From: Nitrospirota bacterium
GTDB taxonomy: Bacteria > Nitrospirota > Thermodesulfovibrionia > UBA6902
Length of the DNA: 64,000 nucleotides
Direction: 5' to 3'
Assembly: GCA_016213935.1 (NCBI GenBank)
Contig: JACQZG010000011.1
Span: 805 to 64,804 of the forward strand
Numbering within the stretch: the stretch's first letter is position 1; each line of letters starts with the position of its first letter. The position numbers were made by a program, and so were the translations under genes. The notes under the pieces were generated by a model, which was not told the DNA's origin, searched no databases, and saw only the letters and a program-made list of their open reading frames with translations. This document shows, piece after piece, positions 9,567 to 19,561 of the stretch.

Positions 9567-10661
9567 CTATTTCCTTACCAAGCCGGTCAGGTGGCCCATT
9601 ATCTTTTCCGCGGCGTCCCTCGCCCCGAGAGACCTGATGGTCCTCTCCATCTCGCTGACGACCTCCGGGTTTTCAAAAAGGGCGATGATATGCTCTGAGA
9701 GCGTCTTTCCGTTCAGCTCTTCATCCGTTATCATCTGAGCCGCGCCCATATCAAGAAGTTTCCTCGCGTTGGATTCCTGGTGCTTTCCTGCCGCGAAAGG
9801 GTAAGGCACGAGTATCGCCGCCTTGCCGCAAGCCGCGAGTTCGGCAAGCGTGGTCGCGCCCGCCCTCGAGACAACGAGGTCCGCAACCGCATACGCGTCA
9901 GCCATCTCATGAGCGAAAGATATGACTGTGCCCCTGAAGCCGAGAGAGTGATACGCCTCTCTCACAGCCAACAGGTCTGCCTCCCCTGTCTGATGGAGAA
10001 ACTGTATCCTCTCTTTATAATCGCCGAGGTACCTCAACGCCTCTGTCACAGCCCTGTTTATGCTCCTCGCGCCGGAACTCCCGCCGAAGACAAAGAGCGT
10101 GAACATCTCCCTGTCAAGTGAAAACCTCTCAAATCCCCTCTCCCTGTCTCCTTCGAGTATCTCTTCCCTTACCGGGTTGCCTGTTATAAAGGTCTTTTCA
10201 TGCGGAAAAAAGTGCGTTGATTCATGGTATGTGACAGCGACCGTATCAACGAACTTCCCGAGTATTCTGTTCGTAAGACCGGGCATCGTGTTCTGCTCAT
10301 GTATGACTGTAGGTATCCCCATAATAACCGCGCTCATGACCACAGGCCCTGAAGAATATCCCCCCACTCCCAGCACAGCGTCGGGCTTAGCTCCCCTGAG
10401 TATCGCTAACGCGTCTACAAAAGATAAAGGTATCTTAAGAGCCGATCTGAGAGTCCCGATCACTCCTTTCCCGACAATGCCTTCCGACCTTATAAACTTT
10501 AAATCAAACCCCTCTTTAGGGATCACCCTTGATTCGATCCCCTTCTCCGTCCCGACAAATATAACCTCATTTTCAGCAGAAGCCTTCTTCAAACCTTTTG
10601 CAACGGCGATCGCGGGGAAGATATGCCCGCCGGTGCCGCCGCCAGCTATGACTACTTTCAT
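9567..10661 (-). CDS. murG: undecaprenyl-PP-MurNAc-pentapeptide GlcNAc transferase
   Basis: AGGGTGGHIFPAIAVA N-terminus, GT28 architecture. Confidence 0.93.
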   Translation of the reverse strand: MKVVIAGGGTGGHIFPAIAVAKGLKKASAENEVIFVGTEKGIESRVIPKEGFDLKFIRSEGIVGKGVIGTLRSALKIPLSFVDALAILRGAKPDAVLGVGGYSSGPVVMSAVIMGIPTVIHEQNTMPGLTNRILGKFVDTVAVTYHESTHFFPHEKTFITGNPVREEILEGDRERGFERFSLDREMFTLFVFGGSSGARSINRAVTEALRYLGDYKERIQFLHQTGEADLLAVREAYHSLGFRGTVISFAHEMADAYAVADLVVSRAGATTLAELAACGKAAILVPYPFAAGKHQESNARKLLDMGAAQMITDEELNGKTLSEHIIALFENPEVVSEMERTIRSLGARDAAEKIMGHLTGLVRK

Positions 10662-11833
10662 GCTCCCCTTTTCCCGTAAAGAGAGTTTGAGGCATCCTCA
10701 GGCCGCCTCCGCCTCTCAATCCTGTTCTGATGGTTCCGCATGGATATGTTGATGAGAACCCCGACAGCCGCCATGTTTATCAGGAGCGCGGAGCCGCCGT
10801 AGCTTATGAACGGAAGCGGCAGCCCCTTTGTAGGCATCAGGCCTGTTGATACTGAAAAGTTGATCACCGCCTGGCTTATTATCATTATCGTCAGGCCGAA
10901 TGAGAGGTAATAACTGAAGAGGTCGTCCGTATCCAGCGCAACCTTTACTCCTTTGACAAAGAACCAAATAAAAAGGGCAAGGACAAATATAATGCCTATC
11001 AGCCCGAGTTCCTCTCCTATAAGAGAGAGTATGAAATCCGTGTGCGCTTCGGGAAGGAAGAAGAGTTTCTGCTTGCTCCCCCCTATGCCGAGGCCTGTTA
11101 TGCCGCCGTTGCCGAAGGCGATGAAAGACTGCACAAGTTGAAAGCCGCATCCAAGTGAATCCTCCCACGGGTCAAGGAAACAGAGCAGCCGCATAAGCCT
11201 GTAAGGAAACAAAACCACAAGAAAATAGACCGCGGGCAAGGCGGCAAGCATGAGCAAACCTATCCGCTTCAAAGGCGCTCCGCCGAGAAAGAGAAGCCCG
11301 ACCGTGAGAACGGCAAGGCTCATGACCGCTCCGAAATCAGGCTGCACTATTATTATTCCCTGGAAAAAGAGCATGACAAGCACGGGGTATACGATGCCGT
11401 AGCGGAACTCCTTCATCCTGTAGCTGTTTTTGTCCATGTAATCCGCAAGGAAAAAGACCATTGCTATCTTTGCAAGCTCAGACGGCTGAAATGTGATAAC
11501 CCTCAAATTTATCCATCTTCGCGCGCCGTTTGCGGTAAGGCCGATACCAGGGATAAAGACGAGTATGAGAAGAATGAACGAAGTTATAAGAAGAATGATT
11601 CCGAAAGCCCTCATCTTCTGGTAATCGATCTTTGACATGAAAAGCATGACCGCAAACCCCGCGGCCACCGTGAAGAGATGCCTCGAGAGATAGTGAAAAC
11701 TGCTCCCGAACTTGTTTGCCGAAAGCAGGGCCGTTGAACTGTAGACCATCACGACCCCTATCGAGATGAGCATGATAACCGGGATGAAGATGCTTTTCGT
11801 GTTTCTCGGATTCATGTGCCTCTCCGCTATCAT
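10658..11833 (-). CDS. ftsW: SEDS-family peptidoglycan glycosyltransferase FtsW
   Basis: About 10 TM helices, QPSELAKI motif; position between murD and murG. Confidence 0.9.
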   Translation of the reverse strand: MIAERHMNPRNTKSIFIPVIMLISIGVVMVYSSTALLSANKFGSSFHYLSRHLFTVAAGFAVMLFMSKIDYQKMRAFGIILLITSFILLILVFIPGIGLTANGARRWINLRVITFQPSELAKIAMVFFLADYMDKNSYRMKEFRYGIVYPVLVMLFFQGIIIVQPDFGAVMSLAVLTVGLLFLGGAPLKRIGLLMLAALPAVYFLVVLFPYRLMRLLCFLDPWEDSLGCGFQLVQSFIAFGNGGITGLGIGGSKQKLFFLPEAHTDFILSLIGEELGLIGIIFVLALFIWFFVKGVKVALDTDDLFSYYLSFGLTIMIISQAVINFSVSTGLMPTKGLPLPFISYGGSALLINMAAVGVLINISMRNHQNRIERRRRPEDASNSLYGKRGA

Positions 11834-13278
11834 GGCCGCAAGCTCCCCTCCCTCCTGTGTGAATTGACCGCTTCCTTGAAGCGCCTGCCCCTGTCCTCAA
11901 AATCCCTGAACATGTCAAAGCTCGCGCATCCCGGCGACAGAAGCACCACATCCCCTTCGGCGCCTCTTGAAAAAGCTGTCTCTACCGCGTTATTCATATC
12001 CGACGCGTATGCGACATCCGTGACATCTCCGACACTCTCCGCTATTTTATTCTTCGCGTCGCCCATAAGCACAAGCAGCTTCACCTTCTCTCTTATGAGG
12101 CTTCTCAGGGAAGTAAAATCGCCTCCCTTGTCGAGCCCTCCCATGATGAGTATCACATTATCAAAATTCTCAAGCGACTTCTCCACCGCCCCGACGTTCG
12201 TGCCTTTTGAGTCGTTGATGAATCTCACCCCGTTTATGACCGCAACCTCCTCATTCCTGTGCTCAAGCCCGGGGAAGCTCATGAGAGCCCTTCTCACCGC
12301 TTCTGGAGAAGCGCCTTTCAGGAGCGCGGCAAGAGACGCGGCCATCGCGTTCTCGATATTGTGAGTGCCGCCTATCTTCATCTCTCTTGCGTCTATCAAG
12401 GGGAATCTTCCGGTCCCGGCCATGGGCAGATTGCAGACGATGGCGCTGCCGTTCAGGTATATGCCTTCCACCTCATCAGTGAGGCTGAAGCAACAGGCCT
12501 TCGGCCCTCTGCCTGAACTCTCTATCGTTCTCCCCATCTCCTTCAACAGAAGATTGCCCGCGTTCAGTATCAGAAAATCGCCTTCGCCCTGATTTTCATA
12601 TATCCTCGCCTTTGCGTCTATGTACTCCTTCATCGTCTTATATCTGTCGAGATGATCCGGCGTGATATTGAGGATAACGGCAACATCGGGTTTGAAATCC
12701 TTTATCGACTCAAGCTGGAAGCTCGATATCTCGGCGACGACGCAGTCTATATCGCTCATGCCCGAACCGCCCTCCTGCAGCATGAGTATCTCTTCAGTGA
12801 GAGCGCTTCCTATATTCCCTCCCAACAGCGTTTTGAATCCCGACTCCCTCATGATAAGATCCGTAAGCATGGTAGTCGTGGATTTGCCGTTCGTGCCGGT
12901 TATCGCGATAAAAGACGGCGTCAAAATCCCTTTCCTGCCTGACAGCTGACTGCCGGCTGCTGACCGCCTAATTATTTCATAGGCAAGTTCAAGCTCGCCT
13001 ATCACCTCAACTCCCGCATCCTTCGCCTTTATGATCTGGGGAATATTCATCGGCACGCCGGGGCTCACGACTATCAGATCAGAGGTTATAAATACATCTT
13101 CCGGATTCCCTCCGGTTATAACCCTGACAGAAGGGTTGAGCCTCTTTATATTCGCTTCGAGCAAATTCTCTTTGCCCTTGTCAACGGCAGTGACATCCGC
13201 TCCGAAAGAAGCGAGCATGTTTGCCGCGCCGACACCGCTTCTGGCAATGCCCACGACGAGAGCCTTCTTCCCTTTCAT
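11830..13278 (-). CDS. murD: UDP-N-acetylmuramoylalanine--D-glutamate ligase
   Basis: MKGKKALVVGIARSG Rossmann start and ITGTNGKSTTT P-loop. The ATG at 13278 is preceded by GAAGGA. The ORF track extends to GTG 13314, abutting the mraY stop. Confidence 0.9.
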   Translation of the reverse strand: MKGKKALVVGIARSGVGAANMLASFGADVTAVDKGKENLLEANIKRLNPSVRVITGGNPEDVFITSDLIVVSPGVPMNIPQIIKAKDAGVEVIGELELAYEIIRRSAAGSQLSGRKGILTPSFIAITGTNGKSTTTMLTDLIMRESGFKTLLGGNIGSALTEEILMLQEGGSGMSDIDCVVAEISSFQLESIKDFKPDVAVILNITPDHLDRYKTMKEYIDAKARIYENQGEGDFLILNAGNLLLKEMGRTIESSGRGPKACCFSLTDEVEGIYLNGSAIVCNLPMAGTGRFPLIDAREMKIGGTHNIENAMAASLAALLKGASPEAVRRALMSFPGLEHRNEEVAVINGVRFINDSKGTNVGAVEKSLENFDNVILIMGGLDKGGDFTSLRSLIREKVKLLVLMGDAKNKIAESVGDVTDVAYASDMNNAVETAFSRGAEGDVVLLSPGCASFDMFRDFEDRGRRFKEAVNSHRREGSLRP

Positions 13279-13314
13279 CGTATCCTTCAGTCTTTCACTC
13301 TTAACCATTAACAC

Positions 13315-14397
13315 CTATCTTATCTTGAATGTCGTTAGGCTCAGAAGCGCGAGTATTATCCCAACTATCCAGAACCTCACGATGACCTTTGGCTCGGGCC
13401 AGCCTTTAAGTTCAAAGTGGTGATGAAGCGGCGCCATCTTAAAGACGCGTTTTCCCGTCATCTTATAGGAAGCGACCTGTATGATGACCGAGAATGTCTC
13501 TATGACAAATATTCCGCCTACCAGCGCGAGAACTATTTCATGTTTTGTAATTACCGCGAGGGTGCCGAGCGCTCCTCCGAGCCCGAGGGAGCCGACATCG
13601 CCCATGAATACCTCAGCAGGGTAGCTGTTGTACCAGAGGAAGCCTAATGACGCTCCGAACATCGCGCCGCAGAAGACGGTCAACTCGCCCGTGCCGGGGA
13701 GGAAAAGGACATTCAGGTACTGGGCAAATCCCGAGTGCCCCGAGATATAGACAAGGGCGCCGTTTGCAAGGGTCGCTATGCCCACGAGCCCGATCGCAAG
13801 CCCGTCTATGCCGTCGGTCAGGTTTACCGCGTTTGAAGAGCCGACTATTACGAGTATCGCAAAGGGGATATAAAATTTCCCCATATCAATGAGCCATGTC
13901 TTGAAGAAGGGTATGCTCAGCTTCAAAGCATATTTATCCCCAGGGTCATAATAAAAAAAGAGGCCTATTATGAGGGCAAGGACTATCTGTGCGCTGAATT
14001 TGTACCATGCCCTGAGCCCCTTGGGATTCCCTCTCACCATCTTCAGGTAGTCATCTATAAAACCGATAAGTCCGAAGCCGAGGATGGAGAGGAGCATTAT
14101 CAGTATGTACTTGTTGCTGAGGTCGCCCCATAATAAAATGCTCACTACAACAGCCGTGATTATGAGGATGCCGCCCATGGTCGGGGTTCCTGCCTTGCCG
14201 AGATGAGTCTTGGGCCCGTCATCCCTGACATTCTGCGTGTAATGCATCTTCTTAAGCTTCTCTATGAGCCAGGGGGCGAAGATAAAGCATATCGCTAACG
14301 CCGTTATGACTGCGAGCGCTGTCCTGAAGGTGATGTACCTGAAGACATTGAAGGGAGAGTAATACTCGTTCAGAGAATAGAGCAATTTATAAAGCAT
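13315..14397 (-). CDS. mraY: phospho-N-acetylmuramoyl-pentapeptide transferase
   Basis: Polytopic membrane protein; MGDVGSLGLGGALG and PLHHHFE motifs. Confidence 0.95.
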   Translation of the reverse strand: MLYKLLYSLNEYYSPFNVFRYITFRTALAVITALAICFIFAPWLIEKLKKMHYTQNVRDDGPKTHLGKAGTPTMGGILIITAVVVSILLWGDLSNKYILIMLLSILGFGLIGFIDDYLKMVRGNPKGLRAWYKFSAQIVLALIIGLFFYYDPGDKYALKLSIPFFKTWLIDMGKFYIPFAILVIVGSSNAVNLTDGIDGLAIGLVGIATLANGALVYISGHSGFAQYLNVLFLPGTGELTVFCGAMFGASLGFLWYNSYPAEVFMGDVGSLGLGGALGTLAVITKHEIVLALVGGIFVIETFSVIIQVASYKMTGKRVFKMAPLHHHFELKGWPEPKVIVRFWIVGIILALLSLTTFKIR

Positions 14398-15754
14398 GCT
14401 TTACTCCTTTTATCGCATTCTCCATCTTCATTGAGCGGGAGCCTTTAAAAAGCGCCGTATCGCCTTCTTTAAGTATCTCCATGATATGCCTGCCGGCCTC
14501 TTCTGAGGTGCCGAACCTGAAGAGAGAGGAGCCTGCCGCCCCTCCTTTTACAAATTCATCAGCCGCAAGCCCCATCGTCTCTCCCACGGCGACAAAGACA
14601 TGAACTCCGTTTTCCAGAAGGATTCTTCCTATCGACCTGTGCGCCTCTTCGGTGAAATCGCCAAGCTCGAGCATGTCTCCGAGGACAGCAACCCTTCTCC
14701 CTTCGGGAGCCATCAATGACATCTCCTTAAGAGCCTCTTTTATTGAAGAAGGGTTTGCGTTGTAGGCATCGTTTATTATCGTTATGCCGCCTCTTCTCGT
14801 AACCTCAAACCTCATTGGGAAAGGCATGTATCCCTCAAGCGCATTCTTTATGGCAGACGGCGATACGCCTAACGACGAGGAAACTGCCGCGGCCGCGAGC
14901 GCATTATAAACATTAAAAAGTCCGTGCACCGGAAGATTCACTTCCACAGCCGCTTCTCCCCGAAGAGAAAGCTCAAAAAGGCTTCCGGTTTCGGCAACGC
15001 TGAGTCTTTTTGCCATGACATCCGCCTCGTTTCTGATGCCGAATGTGACTATCTTGCCGCTGAATCCTTCAAGCCCTGACATCAGAAATTCATCATCGGC
15101 ATTAAGCACCGCGACGGAAAGTCCCGGGAGCATCTCGAGCTTCGCGCTCCTGACCGCCTCCCTGCTGCCGAGCCTGCCGATATGCGCCGTTCCTATGTTC
15201 GTCACAATGCCATGAGTCGGAATCGCTATCTCGCAAAGCCTCCTTATCTCTCCGGCGGCATTCATCCCCATCTCAAGCACTGCCGCCTCAAAATTCTCTG
15301 TAAGCTTCGTAAGCGTAAGCGGAAGGCCGATGTGGTTATTAAGGTTGCCTTCATTTTTTAATACAGTATATTTTTGCGAAAGGATCGCGTATGCCATCTC
15401 TTTTGTCGTTGTCTTTCCGTTGCTTCCGGTGACTGCTATCACCGGAATGTCGAATTCCTTTCTTAAATAGCAGGCGAGGTCCTGAAGCGCCCTAAGCGTG
15501 TCAGCGGCATATAATATGGCCCTGCCTTTTGGAAGCACGGCGGGCGCCTTGTCGATTACAGCCCCCCTGCCCCGAACGAGCGCCTCATTAAGAAAATCAT
15601 GGCCGTCAAACCTCTCTCCTTTAAGAGCGAAAAAGAGTTCGTCGTCCGAGATCGTGCGCGTATCTATCGAAACGCCTGAAAAATGCCCGTCCTCTCCAGA
15701 GAGAAGCCTTGCGCCGGTTGCCTTCATCACCTTTTCCACAGTCAGCCCTGCCAT
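14387..15754 (-). CDS. murF: UDP-MurNAc-tripeptide--D-alanyl-D-alanine ligase
   Basis: VTGSNGKTTTKE P-loop, Mur ligase architecture, position. Confidence 0.9.
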   Translation of the reverse strand: MAGLTVEKVMKATGARLLSGEDGHFSGVSIDTRTISDDELFFALKGERFDGHDFLNEALVRGRGAVIDKAPAVLPKGRAILYAADTLRALQDLACYLRKEFDIPVIAVTGSNGKTTTKEMAYAILSQKYTVLKNEGNLNNHIGLPLTLTKLTENFEAAVLEMGMNAAGEIRRLCEIAIPTHGIVTNIGTAHIGRLGSREAVRSAKLEMLPGLSVAVLNADDEFLMSGLEGFSGKIVTFGIRNEADVMAKRLSVAETGSLFELSLRGEAAVEVNLPVHGLFNVYNALAAAAVSSSLGVSPSAIKNALEGYMPFPMRFEVTRRGGITIINDAYNANPSSIKEALKEMSLMAPEGRRVAVLGDMLELGDFTEEAHRSIGRILLENGVHVFVAVGETMGLAADEFVKGGAAGSSLFRFGTSEEAGRHIMEILKEGDTALFKGSRSMKMENAIKGVKHAL

Positions 15755-15755
15755 T

Positions 15756-17237
15756 TTATTTAACGCCGGTTATCTTTCTAAGCACGTCCCTCAATACCTC
15801 TTTATCGCTGAAGGGATGGCGCACCCCTTTTATCTCCTGATAATCCTCGTGTCCCTTGCCCGCCACAATGACAGTGTCGCCTGCCTTTGCGGCAGAGACT
15901 GCCTCATTGATCGCGGCCCTCCTGTCTGGCTCAACAGCGTAGTTTTTGCCTTTGATGCCCTTCATTATGTCATCGATTATCGACAGAGGGTCTTCGCTCC
16001 TCGGATTGTCCGAAGTCACTATCACGAGGTCGCTCAGCTCTGAGGCCGCGCTCCCCATTAGCCCCCTCTTTGACCTGTCCCTGTCGCCTCCGCAGCCGAA
16101 TACCGTTATGATCCTTCCCGTTGTGAAGTTCCTCGCCTCATTTATGAGCATCCTCAGCGCGTCATCAGTATGGGCGTAATCCACTATGCAATTAAAAGGC
16201 TGGCCTTCATCGACCTTTTCGAAACGCCCCTTTACCGGCTCAGCCGCGCTTATGCCCTCTTTTATCGCCTCATCATCCACGCCGAGCGCGTACGCAATCG
16301 CGGCTGCCATAAGTATGTTGTAAACATTAAACCTTCCGGAGAACCGGGACGTAACCCTGAAAGCGCTCCGCGGAGTATTAATGTCAAAAGAGATCCCTGC
16401 GCTGTCATCTATATTTCCGGCCCTTATCGCCGCCCCTTCAAGAAGCCCGCACGTGATGACATTGCAGCCGAGCCCCTCCTCTATCTCTCTGAGCGCGGGG
16501 TCATCATGGTTAAGCACGGCATACCCGTCCTCTGCGAGATAACCGAATATACGGCTTTTGGCGCTCAGGTAATCTTCCATGGAACCATGAAAATCGAGAT
16601 GGTCCTGTGTAAAATTCGTGAATGCCGCGACCCTGAAGGCGCACCCGTCTACCCTGTGAAGCTCAAGGGCATGCGAGGATACCTCAAGCACCCCGTATCC
16701 CATCCCGTTATCAGCCATCTCCTTCAGGTATCTCTGAAGATCGAGCGATTCCGGGGTAGTCCTTACAGCCTCTACAGTCCTGCCGGTAATATACCGCAGG
16801 GTGCCTATCAGCCCTGTTTTCCTGCCGCCTGCCTCGAGGATGCTCCTCGTTATAAAGCTTGTCGTGGTCTTGCCGTTCGTCCCTGTTATGCCGACAAGAG
16901 AGAGCCTGCGCGAGGGCTCTCCGTAAAACCTTGCCGAGACAGAGGCAAGGGCGCTTCTTGAGTCAGACACCTCTACGCAGCTCACGCTGTTCATCAGAAA
17001 GGGCGGGAGCGATTCGTAAAGTCCTGCTATAGGCCTTTCCGTTATAACCGCGACAGCCCCTTTCGTCAGGGCATCCTTTATAAAATCATGGCCGTCTAAG
17101 ACAGCCCCTCTTACGGCTACAAAGAGAAACCCCTTGTCAACTGATCTTGAATCATAAGCTATCCCGCTTACGGAAATATTCAGCGGCCCTTCCCTCTCCT
17201 TAACCTCCAGCCCTTCCAAAAGATCCTTTATGGTCAT
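15756..17237 (-). CDS. murE: UDP-MurNAc-L-Ala-D-Glu--2,6-diaminopimelate ligase
   Basis: ITGTNGKTTTSF P-loop and TSDNPRSEDP (DNPR motif, typical of meso-DAP-adding MurE). Confidence 0.92.
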   Translation of the reverse strand: MTIKDLLEGLEVKEREGPLNISVSGIAYDSRSVDKGFLFVAVRGAVLDGHDFIKDALTKGAVAVITERPIAGLYESLPPFLMNSVSCVEVSDSRSALASVSARFYGEPSRRLSLVGITGTNGKTTTSFITRSILEAGGRKTGLIGTLRYITGRTVEAVRTTPESLDLQRYLKEMADNGMGYGVLEVSSHALELHRVDGCAFRVAAFTNFTQDHLDFHGSMEDYLSAKSRIFGYLAEDGYAVLNHDDPALREIEEGLGCNVITCGLLEGAAIRAGNIDDSAGISFDINTPRSAFRVTSRFSGRFNVYNILMAAAIAYALGVDDEAIKEGISAAEPVKGRFEKVDEGQPFNCIVDYAHTDDALRMLINEARNFTTGRIITVFGCGGDRDRSKRGLMGSAASELSDLVIVTSDNPRSEDPLSIIDDIMKGIKGKNYAVEPDRRAAINEAVSAAKAGDTVIVAGKGHEDYQEIKGVRHPFSDKEVLRDVLRKITGVK

Positions 17238-17286
17238 CTGTTGTTCCGGGAAACCGCCGCCCCTTTCTCTTCAGCAGGCAAGGATC

Positions 17287-19083
17287 CTAACGGGAATTGT
17301 CGACAAGCATAATATGGTTCTCGTTCTTCTCCATAGGGATATTCAGATAAGCAAACGCATTTTCAACTATTCTTCTGAAGACAGGCGCGGCAACAACTCC
17401 GCCGTATGTCGCTCCCTTCGGCTCATAAACAACCACGATAAGCGCGAGTTCTGGATCGTCCGCGGGCGCAAACCCGACAAATGAGCTTATGAATTTATTC
17501 TTGGAATAGAGACCTGTATTCGGGTCGATCTTCTGAGCTGTTCCGGTCTTTCCGGCAACCAGGTTTCCCGCAACCTCCGCATTCTTGCCCGTCCCTCCCG
17601 TCTCGGTCACTCCTTTTAATATGTCAGTGATGACCTTTGCGGTGCGGGCAGACATGACCCTCTCAGCCGCGACAGGAGTGTTTCTCTTTATGGATTCGCC
17701 CGTATCAGATATTATCTCCGAGACCACATAGGGCTTCATAAGCAAGCCGCCGTTGGCTATGGCCGAATATGCCCTAACTAACTGCAGAGGTGTAACCCCT
17801 ATCTCCTGCCCTATTGATATCGCGCCGATGGATGTGCCTGACCATCTCGCGGGCGAACGCAGTATGCCGCTTACCTCTCCGGGCATGTCTATGCCCGTCC
17901 TGTCGCCGAACCCGAACTTCTTCAGGTAGCTGTAATACCTCTCTTTGCCTAACTTCATTCCTATCTGCACGGCTCCAACGTTGGATGATTTTTTTATCAC
18001 ATCCTGAAACGAGAGCACGCCGTTTCTGTGAACATCCTTTATCGGTTTGCCTCCGACCACGATGAAGCCTCTCGAGACGTCAAACATCTGATTCAGCGAC
18101 ACAACCCCTTCTTCATATGCTACCGAAGACAATACCGCCTTAAGGGTCGAGCCGGGCTCATACATGTCCGTGATCGCCCGGTTTCTTTTATTGTCATTCA
18201 CCGACTCTCCGGGAAGGTTAGGGTCATATGTCGGCATGTTTGCCATGGCAAGTATCTCGCCGGTCGAAGGCCTTATCATAATAGCCACGGCCGCTGCTGC
18301 CTCCCAATCGCTCATCGCCTGCGAGAGTTCACGTTCAACAATATACTGAAGCCCTTCATCTATGGTGAGGATCATGCTGCTGCCGGCCAGTTCATCCTCT
18401 ATGCCCGGGGCAAGGCTCTTCCCGCGGGCATCCTTGCCCATGAAAACCTTCTTCTCTGTCCCCCTCATATATTCGTCATACTGAAGCTCAAGGCCTGATA
18501 TCCCTTTATTGTCTATATTCGTAAAACCGAGTATATGGGCGGCAGTCTGCCCCTTCGGGTAAAACCGCTTTGTCTCTGTCACAAAGTCTATCCCTTTGAA
18601 CTTCTCCCGCTCTTTCAGGGCCGTCACATTGTGCGAAGTCTCCTCATCCATCTTCCTCATAACCCATATGAAATCCTTATCCTTCTTCGCACTTATGGCG
18701 CTGACAAGCTTATTGTAGGAGACATTGATTACCGGGGCCAGCCCGGATGAAAGGGCCTCGATGCTGCTCACCTCGGAAGGTACGGCATAGAGCGAATCAA
18801 CCTCGACGTTGATGGCAAGCTCCCTCAGGTTCCTGTCCCAGATCACCCCCCTCTGAGGCTTTAAGGTCTTTGTCCTCAGATACTGGCGGTTAGCCCTGTT
18901 CGCGAGCGCTTCATGCTGCAGAAGCATGAGGTCAAAAAGGCGGATTGATATGGCAAAGAAACAAAAGCCTATGAAGGATATGAGGATTGCCGCTCTCTTC
19001 CTGCTCTTCTGAACCTTATGCCCGGAAAAACCCTCATCCCAGAGGTTGCCTGCCCATTCTTCCTTTTTTCTCTTACCCTTCAT
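17287..19083 (-). CDS. ftsI: division-specific class B penicillin-binding protein (PBP3/FtsI)
   Basis: N-terminal TM anchor; transpeptidase motifs STLK (EPGSTLK), SSN (KSSNVG) and KTG (AGKTGTAQ). Confidence 0.9.
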   Translation of the reverse strand: MKGKRKKEEWAGNLWDEGFSGHKVQKSRKRAAILISFIGFCFFAISIRLFDLMLLQHEALANRANRQYLRTKTLKPQRGVIWDRNLRELAINVEVDSLYAVPSEVSSIEALSSGLAPVINVSYNKLVSAISAKKDKDFIWVMRKMDEETSHNVTALKEREKFKGIDFVTETKRFYPKGQTAAHILGFTNIDNKGISGLELQYDEYMRGTEKKVFMGKDARGKSLAPGIEDELAGSSMILTIDEGLQYIVERELSQAMSDWEAAAAVAIMIRPSTGEILAMANMPTYDPNLPGESVNDNKRNRAITDMYEPGSTLKAVLSSVAYEEGVVSLNQMFDVSRGFIVVGGKPIKDVHRNGVLSFQDVIKKSSNVGAVQIGMKLGKERYYSYLKKFGFGDRTGIDMPGEVSGILRSPARWSGTSIGAISIGQEIGVTPLQLVRAYSAIANGGLLMKPYVVSEIISDTGESIKRNTPVAAERVMSARTAKVITDILKGVTETGGTGKNAEVAGNLVAGKTGTAQKIDPNTGLYSKNKFISSFVGFAPADDPELALIVVVYEPKGATYGGVVAAPVFRRIVENAFAYLNIPMEKNENHIMLVDNSR

Positions 19084-19225
19084 GTTCCTATGCCTTTCGA
19101 AAAGTCCCGGTATAGGAATCAGATATGATCTTCTACAAACACCCGCTCACTTCATATGTTTGTTGACATGATATCTCTCATCCCTAACCTTTGATAACCT
19201 GCCTGCGGCAGTTCTGAAATCACGG

Positions 19226-19561
19226 TTACGGTTTGTTCAGCGATACCTTGTAAGGGACTGCCCCTTCCGTCCGCTCCACGTAATAGATGTTCTTTCTCTC
19301 CGGGGGGCTCATGCCTAACACTTTTACGGCAGTCTCCTCGATATTCTTCACAGAATAAAAACTCGCCCTTTCTGCCATGATAAGCCTCTGTTCGCGTATA
19401 AAGCCTGTCTTCTGCCTGTTCAGTTCCCCAAGCTCGTATTCGAGCGAAACGACCTCTGTCCTGAACCAGATAATGGTAAACACGCCCGCGATGAGATAAA
19501 TAAAAAGGCCCAGCTTGAGAAGCATCCATTTTTTATTCTGTTTTCTCCGTCTTGTCGTCAT
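19226..19561 (-). CDS. ftsL: cell division protein FtsL-like
   Basis: 111 aa with a basic N-terminus, a single TM helix, then a coiled-coil (EYELGELNRQK); position between rsmH and ftsI; 4-nt overlap with rsmH. Confidence 0.65.
   Translation of the reverse strand: MTTRRRKQNKKWMLLKLGLFIYLIAGVFTIIWFRTEVVSLEYELGELNRQKTGFIREQRLIMAERASFYSVKNIEETAVKVLGMSPPERKNIYYVERTEGAVPYKVSLNKP

Noticed and set aside
19152-19529. 125-aa ORF overlapping ftsL in another frame
   Set aside because: The ftsL frame gives the expected TM-plus-coiled-coil protein coupled to rsmH. The alternative frame has no recognisable features.
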